Origin: an uncultured virus (IMG/VR IMGVR_UViG_3300032257_000007)
Lineage: Duplodnaviria; Heunggongvirae; Uroviricota; Caudoviricetes
Direction: 5' to 3' (one strand)
IMG/VR virus record: IMGVR_UViG_3300032257_000007
DNA: 64,000 nt
Shown: in pieces, positions 59,507-64,000 of the stretch
How positions within the stretch are numbered: the first letter of the stretch is position 1
Layout: every line of letters starts with the position of its first letter
Made by a program: the position numbers and the translations under genes
The notes under the pieces: generated by a model
What the model was told of the DNA's origin: nothing
The model's database searches: none
Seen by the model: only the letters and a program-made list of their open reading frames with translations

Positions 59507-60100
59507 CTATTTTAAAGATACAACATTTTGAAGAAACTCTGTCTTGCCATTTTGACTGACTATGACATAGTCATTAGACCAGAAAAATCTGTCTTCTAGC
59601 AGTCCATGTTTTGTTTCAAACGCTTTGATCTCTTTTATCTTCTTGGTTATTTTAGACGCATAACCACGACCTCTTTTAGAGTTAAAAGACCATCCGTTGT
59701 TGTAGCTTCCCCATACTTTAGCCCAGTCTCGACCATGAACACTGATCCAGTATTTCAATTCATCAATAGACTCTTTGGCAGCAAAGTCTTTGTCCATGAC
59801 AAGCTTTGATGCGAATCTATTTCTGTTCGCTTTTGTATCTTTCAGGTTGTGTCTCTTAAGAACACTCACAATGTTGTTTTGCCATATCCCAAAGTCTTTT
59901 GAGGCTATGTTGATTATGTTTAATCCACCCTCGGACTCGATAGAAGCAATCGCTGCCATTGTGTATGAAAGGTCATTAGCAGACCCATAAATCTTTGACT
60001 CAGCAAGAACTCTTAATTGATCTTCTGAGTAACTACTTATGTTGTCTGCAAACAAAGCAGAGCATAACATTAAAATTTGAATCAGTATCTTCTTAGCCAT
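59507..60100 (-). CDS. Lytic transglycosylase (SLT/lysozyme-like) with an N-terminal signal peptide
   Basis: Likely start MAKKILIQILMLCSALFA; AIASIES (catalytic Glu), DFGIWQNN, GSYNNG. Confidence 0.7.
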   Translation of the reverse strand: MAKKILIQILMLCSALFADNISSYSEDQLRVLAESKIYGSANDLSYTMAAIASIESEGGLNIINIASKDFGIWQNNIVSVLKRHNLKDTKANRNRFASKLVMDKDFAAKESIDELKYWISVHGRDWAKVWGSYNNGWSFNSKRGRGYASKITKKIKEIKAFETKHGLLEDRFFWSNDYVIVSQNGKTEFLQNVVSLK

Positions 60101-60506
60101 ATAAACTCCAAACTGCCATTTTAGGTTCAAGAGCTTGTAGCTCTGGTGAATATTGTATCCCTGCGGACCAATAAAAATCTTTTTCAACTTCATCTATCAT
60201 CTCATCACTAGCGACTGGATGAAGAAAGATGTCGACGCCCGTCTTTGCCTTGAAAGCATTTGCTAGATTAGCATACAACTGATCAAGCCCCTCGGCAATA
60301 GTCTCATACTCAATCTGCTCCATTTCTGGCTCACCTTCATATAAAGCCTCTGTGTCACCATCTCTAAGTGAACGTGCCAAGCACTCATAGTCAGAGTCTA
60401 TATCTTTCAAAGCTCTGTCTATAGCCTTAACCTCTTGAGGGCAAGTCTTTTCAACAGTACTTTCTTTGATTATAACTGCCCAGCAACCATAATGTTCCAT
60501 TCCCAT
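60093..60506 (-). CDS. Hypothetical protein
   Basis: 137 aa ORF. Confidence 0.5.
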   Translation of the reverse strand: MGMEHYGCWAVIIKESTVEKTCPQEVKAIDRALKDIDSDYECLARSLRDGDTEALYEGEPEMEQIEYETIAEGLDQLYANLANAFKAKTGVDIFLHPVASDEMIDEVEKDFYWSAGIQYSPELQALEPKMAVWSLYG

Positions 60507-60686
60507 CTATCTGTCCTTCCCAACAATTGTTGCAATTAAATCTTCACCGCTCATAGATTTGAGCTGCTCTGATGTTACATTTTTTCCAAACATTTCTTTA
60601 ACAATGCCTGGATACCTATTTTTGTCCACCCTGTCATAACCATTATTTTTAATAAAGGCCTTGACCACACTACTTGCTAGGGACAC
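60507..60686 (-). CDS. Small hypothetical protein (59 aa, GTG start)
   Basis: Read manually; tiles the gap and abuts the next ATG. Confidence 0.45.
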   Translation of the reverse strand: MSLASSVVKAFIKNNGYDRVDKNRYPGIVKEMFGKNVTSEQLKSMSGEDLIATIVGKDR

Positions 60687-60822
60687 TAGCTTTATCCATT
60701 TCAGCTACAATCGCATCTTCTTTTTGAGCCTTGTATAAATCATGTTGTCTTCCTTCATAATCTGCACATGCATCTTCAAACTGCTCTGGTGTATCATAGT
60801 CATCACTACTTGGACATGCCAT
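60670..60822 (-). CDS. Small acidic hypothetical protein (50 aa, MACPSSDDYDTPEQ...)
   Basis: Read manually; AAGGAGG RBS upstream; tiles the gap. Confidence 0.5.
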   Translation of the reverse strand: MACPSSDDYDTPEQFEDACADYEGRQHDLYKAQKEDAIVAEMDKASVPSK

Positions 60823-61756
60823 TTAAAACTACCTCCTTCTTCAAGTCTCTGTACTGTTCAAGCAATCCTCTGATAGCAAAAGAGAATTCTTGAGTCTCTG
60901 GTTGAGTCCAGTTCTTTGGACCGCCATCATCCATGTAAGCATTTCTCTCACGAAGAAAGTGAGGCCATGCATCATCATCATTGATTAGACCAGTAATCAC
61001 AAACTCTTTCATCTTAAAGTAGTAAGGTGCACGACTGTAAATTTCTCTTGGGTATCCAAGTTCTTTTAAGAAGTCCTGTACTTTAGATTGGGGAGCGTGA
61101 TTTATCATCCAGTCCACAAAGTTTTCTGCACACATTCCATTCGGAGGGTTTACATAGTCCATTGAGTATTTTCTGATAATGTCACGTCTTGTGATGGGGT
61201 TGTTCTCGAGGTCTAGTCTTTCATCTAGGTCGTCTGGTAGCCAATAGTCAGCTTCTTCTGATACACGATCACTCTGTGATTCAGTAGATAACTGAGTGTG
61301 GGTTACAATTTGAGCCCATACAAACATAGGTGCTTTGATTCTGAATGCAGCGAATACTTGATTGTCATCCGAGTAAGGAATTTTCTCATACTCTGCACCA
61401 GCTTCAATAAGTGCTCTCATATTTGTATACAGCATCTCCGACTTAGGATCGGCATGAGAGAACTTTGCAAGTTTGATAGCCTTCTCGTGTTCTTCTATAC
61501 CAAGATCTTCAGCCTGGTTAAAACTCATAGTTACAGGCATAAACTCGAAAGGCCTAGAAGGTCTCCCGCTTTCTGCTTCTGTCATTAAAGCTTTGTACCG
61601 CTTAGGTGGGTTAGCACTTTTATCTTTTCCTCTACTGATAGCAGCAAGCTCTGTTGTCCAGTGAATTCTGGCATCTTCATTTGCATTGCTTCCAGTCGGG
61701 TCTAAAAACTCAATGTAACCATTTCCGTATTCTCCAATACTAACTCTCTTCTCCAT
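60806..61756 (-). CDS. thyX: Divergent ThyX-like (flavin-dependent thymidylate synthase family) protein
   Basis: PSRPFEF, FRIKAPMFVWAQIVTHTQLSTESQSDRV, GYPREIYSR, WPHFLRER...TQPETQ; signature motif is non-canonical. Confidence 0.6.
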   Translation of the reverse strand: MEKRVSIGEYGNGYIEFLDPTGSNANEDARIHWTTELAAISRGKDKSANPPKRYKALMTEAESGRPSRPFEFMPVTMSFNQAEDLGIEEHEKAIKLAKFSHADPKSEMLYTNMRALIEAGAEYEKIPYSDDNQVFAAFRIKAPMFVWAQIVTHTQLSTESQSDRVSEEADYWLPDDLDERLDLENNPITRRDIIRKYSMDYVNPPNGMCAENFVDWMINHAPQSKVQDFLKELGYPREIYSRAPYYFKMKEFVITGLINDDDAWPHFLRERNAYMDDGGPKNWTQPETQEFSFAIRGLLEQYRDLKKEVVLNGMSK

Positions 61757-62117
61757 CGTCTACCTTTTTTCTTCTCAGCCCAAGTTCTTTTTTGTATCTC
61801 TCAAGCTTATTTAACTTCTGGTCCATCTTTTTTCCGACAACCATAGCCAAGTTCATTCCGCTACACATGTTCATCCAAATCCTATACTCTCTAAGATCTC
61901 GAATTGCATCATATTTCCTACGAAGTAATGTAGCTTCATTCTCCAGTATGTCATATGAAACATCTATTGCAAGTTCATTGCAGTCTATCGAATCAGTATC
62001 CACACCATGTGCAGAAAGTGTCTTCTCTAGTCTTTTAGATAACTCCGTAGTAAAATCATCTACTGATGCTCCATACACTGTACTGATGTCGTATCCAAAC
62101 ATCGGTGCATTTTTCAC
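61740..62117 (-). CDS. Hypothetical protein
   Basis: 125 aa ORF. Confidence 0.5.
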   Translation of the reverse strand: MKNAPMFGYDISTVYGASVDDFTTELSKRLEKTLSAHGVDTDSIDCNELAIDVSYDILENEATLLRRKYDAIRDLREYRIWMNMCSGMNLAMVVGKKMDQKLNKLERYKKELGLRRKKVDDGEES

Positions 62118-62383
62118 TTTTTACTCTTCTTTTTCTTAGCTTTTTTCTTTTCTTTACGCTTCAATCTTTTGATTTCACGATCAGCATAGTACATAACTTT
62201 TTCAAGATTTCTGATAGGAGTATCTTTATCATGAAGTCTGTACAATGCTAAAAAAGCTTCTCCGACACTATGATTCATGTCTTTGTGTTCAAGTAGTCCT
62301 ACTGCGTCTTTGATCCATTTCGGAACATCGTAGTAGCTACTATAGCCGCCATCTTTGTCTTTTTTACTTAGCTTTTTTCCCAA
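62114..62383 (-). CDS. DUF3310-like protein
   Basis: SYYD...MNHSVGEAFLALYRLHDKDTPIRNLEKVMYYADREI. Confidence 0.6.
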   Translation of the reverse strand: MGKKLSKKDKDGGYSSYYDVPKWIKDAVGLLEHKDMNHSVGEAFLALYRLHDKDTPIRNLEKVMYYADREIKRLKRKEKKKAKKKKSKK

Positions 62384-62733
62384 ACTAAACCTCTCCCAAA
62401 TAGTTCAACATCTATCTCAAGAACCTCATTTGAGGCATTGATTATAGTTGAAACGTCATCTTCAATAGCTTTTATATCTTCTTTGCTTACGTTATCAGCA
62501 TCAAGTAAAGCACCCATGAGTAATTTCAAAGCAGCAGTAGATCTGTCCAATGTGTAAGTAAGCATTGATAAATGCATTCTCTCATCTTCAGTAAGTGGAA
62601 GTAAGCCTTTTGAGCTCATTACCGCATCTACGTCCTTGCTTTCTATAGTGGTTGGATCAAGAGCGTGGCCGTCAATCCATAGTAGTTTTTTGTTCGATGA
62701 TTGGTTTGTAGCCATTTTCATCCTTGTAAACAA
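62368..62733 (-). CDS. Hypothetical protein
   Basis: 121 aa ORF; true start probably at an internal Met. Confidence 0.5.
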   Translation of the reverse strand: MFTRMKMATNQSSNKKLLWIDGHALDPTTIESKDVDAVMSSKGLLPLTEDERMHLSMLTYTLDRSTAALKLLMGALLDADNVSKEDIKAIEDDVSTIINASNEVLEIDVELFGRGLVWEKS

Positions 62734-62893
62734 GTTTTTGTTTTATGAGTTCTTTAATTGCAGGTTTTGCCCATTTCTCGGCTTTTTTTCTCGGTTGTTC
62801 AAAGTAGAGCCCTACATCCATGGCGGATATCGCTTTATCTTTTCCGAATCTTTTTATACACCCTAAGATGTCTTTTTGCTTAGGTGTCAACAT
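62672..62893 (-). CDS. Small winged-HTH DNA-binding protein
   Basis: MLTPKQKDIL...ISAMDVG...IKELIKQKLVYK. Confidence 0.55.
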   Translation of the reverse strand: MLTPKQKDILGCIKRFGKDKAISAMDVGLYFEQPRKKAEKWAKPAIKELIKQKLVYKDENGYKPIIEQKTTMD

Positions 62894-62968
62894 TTAACTG
62901 TCTCTCTCGCCATTCATATAGGCTCCTTGTCTGTTTTGGTAATTGTACCACAAGACACCTTACGGTGC

Positions 62969-63544
62969 CTAGAATGGAATTTCATCCTCATCGATGTCAA
63001 TCTCTGGGATAGCAGATGCATCAGGCATTTGCTGTGCTGCAGCAGGTGCTTGCTGTTGTTGTTGCGGTGCACCTTGCTGTTGATTGGCTTGCTGGTTGCC
63101 ATACTGCTGGTTGTTTTGCTGACCACCATATGATTGTTGTTGCTGGTTTCCATAAGACTGTTGGCTATTGTCATAACCACCTTGCCCTCCACCTTGACCA
63201 GCAGCTTTTGCTTCTGCATCAGCTTTTGAATCCATCATCTGCATTGTCTCAACGATAACAGTATGCTTTGAACGCTTGCTACCATCTTGAGCAACCCATT
63301 GGTCAAAATTCAATCTACCTTCAACAAGGATCTTGCTCCCACGTCTAAGGTACTGGTTTGCAACTTCTGCAGAACGACCAAAGAAAGTGATGTCAATAAA
63401 ACATACTTCTTCTTTCTTTTCACCATTTTGAGTAAACTTACGACTAGTTGCGATTGCTGTGTTTGCAATAGCAGTTCCGCTCTGTGCATAACGCAGTTCG
63501 ATATCACGAGTCAAGTTTCCTACAAGTACTACTTTGTTAAACAT
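62969..63544 (-). CDS. ssb: Single-stranded DNA-binding protein
   Basis: MFNKVVLVGNLTRDIELRY, GSKILVEGRL, acidic tip DIDEDEIPF. Confidence 0.97.
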   Translation of the reverse strand: MFNKVVLVGNLTRDIELRYAQSGTAIANTAIATSRKFTQNGEKKEEVCFIDITFFGRSAEVANQYLRRGSKILVEGRLNFDQWVAQDGSKRSKHTVIVETMQMMDSKADAEAKAAGQGGGQGGYDNSQQSYGNQQQQSYGGQQNNQQYGNQQANQQQGAPQQQQQAPAAAQQMPDASAIPEIDIDEDEIPF

Positions 63545-63578
63545 ATTTTTCCTTCTTTTTTTAGTTCTTCGACTATTT

Positions 63579-64000
63579 TTATAGGATAGGCATACTAACC
63601 TGTCCTGTTGTTTCTGTCGTAGGTATTATACCATCTTTTTCTTCATTTGCGGCACTAGAATCAACATTTTCTGAATATTCTGCGTCTATTGAGTCGTCTA
63701 CATATTCTACTACTTCAGCAGGTATATAGTCATTCATAAACGATGCCGTAATTGCTTTAAATCCGAGTTCAACAGATCCAGTTGGACCATCTCTGTTTTT
63801 ACCTATGATTGCCTCTGCGTGCTCCACCTCTGGACGATGATATTCACCATCCTTTTCAACATCCCACTCTTTCTCACGATAGTATTCTTGTCTGTACAGG
63901 AATACAATCATGTCGGCATCTTGCTCAATTGAACCAGAACCTTGTAAGTCGGACATCATAGGTCTTTTGTTATCTCTGGTCTCAACAGATCTGTTTAGCT
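63579..64000 (-). CDS. dnaB: Replicative DNA helicase DnaB, C-terminal part (truncated by the window edge)
   Basis: [36 protein letters not shown]...[11 protein letters not shown]; frame open to the window end. Confidence 0.93.
   Translation of the reverse strand, partial: LNRSVETRDNKRPMMSDLQGSGSIEQDADMIVFLYRQEYYREKEWDVEKDGEYHRPEVEHAEAIIGKNRDGPTGSVELGFKAITASFMNDYIPAEVVEYVDDSIDAEYSENVDSSAANEEKDGIIPTTETTGQVSMPIL

Noticed and set aside
62914..63219. 101-aa alternative-frame ORF overlapping ssb
   Set aside because: By-product of the low-complexity CAA/CAG linker
1..64000. Stop-codon recoding as seen in some large phages
   Set aside because: ORFs tile densely in the standard code, and TAA, TAG and TGA all end genes next to the following start
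1..64000. CRISPR arrays, tRNAs, rRNAs, IS elements, introns or inteins
   Set aside because: Intergenic gaps are short; no repeat-spacer pattern or cloverleaf noticed; nrdA, nrdB and the RNAP half look uninterrupted (manual reading only)

Overview
This AT-rich, gene-dense 64 kb window looks like part of a large lytic myovirus-type (jumbo) phage genome read in the standard genetic code. The SSB and dimeric dUTPase sequences, AAGGA ribosome-binding sites and extended -10 promoters suggest a Campylobacterota (epsilonproteobacterial) host; this is inference. Positions 1-52277 form an almost uninterrupted + strand morphogenesis block. It contains a tape-measure-like protein, baseplate genes, a sigma70-like factor, the C-terminal half of a split RNA polymerase beta' subunit with an adjacent GNAT, putative internal head proteins, about 26 kb of tail-fibre/adhesin/PKD genes with extensive internal paralogy, a prohead protease and a portal. 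Positions 52296-64000 form a - strand nucleotide-metabolism and replication block: nrdB/nrdA, dUTPase, a divergent ThyX-like protein, a possible sliding clamp, an SLT-like lysin, ssb and the dnaB C-terminus. The most notable signals are: (1) a recurrent K-x-A-[S/A] motif concentrated in putative head proteins and in the protease itself, a candidate assemblin-like cleavage code; (2) a phage transcription apparatus (split beta', sigma) together with a TGnTATAATT promoter array that includes a perfect palindromic bidirectional promoter; (3) duplicated three-gene receptor-binding cassettes and shared domains; (4) a predicted three-way-junction RNA that would occlude an RBS. No CRISPR array, tRNA, rRNA, integrase, major capsid, terminase or tail sheath gene was recognised. 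All calls come from motif recognition by eye, without database searches.
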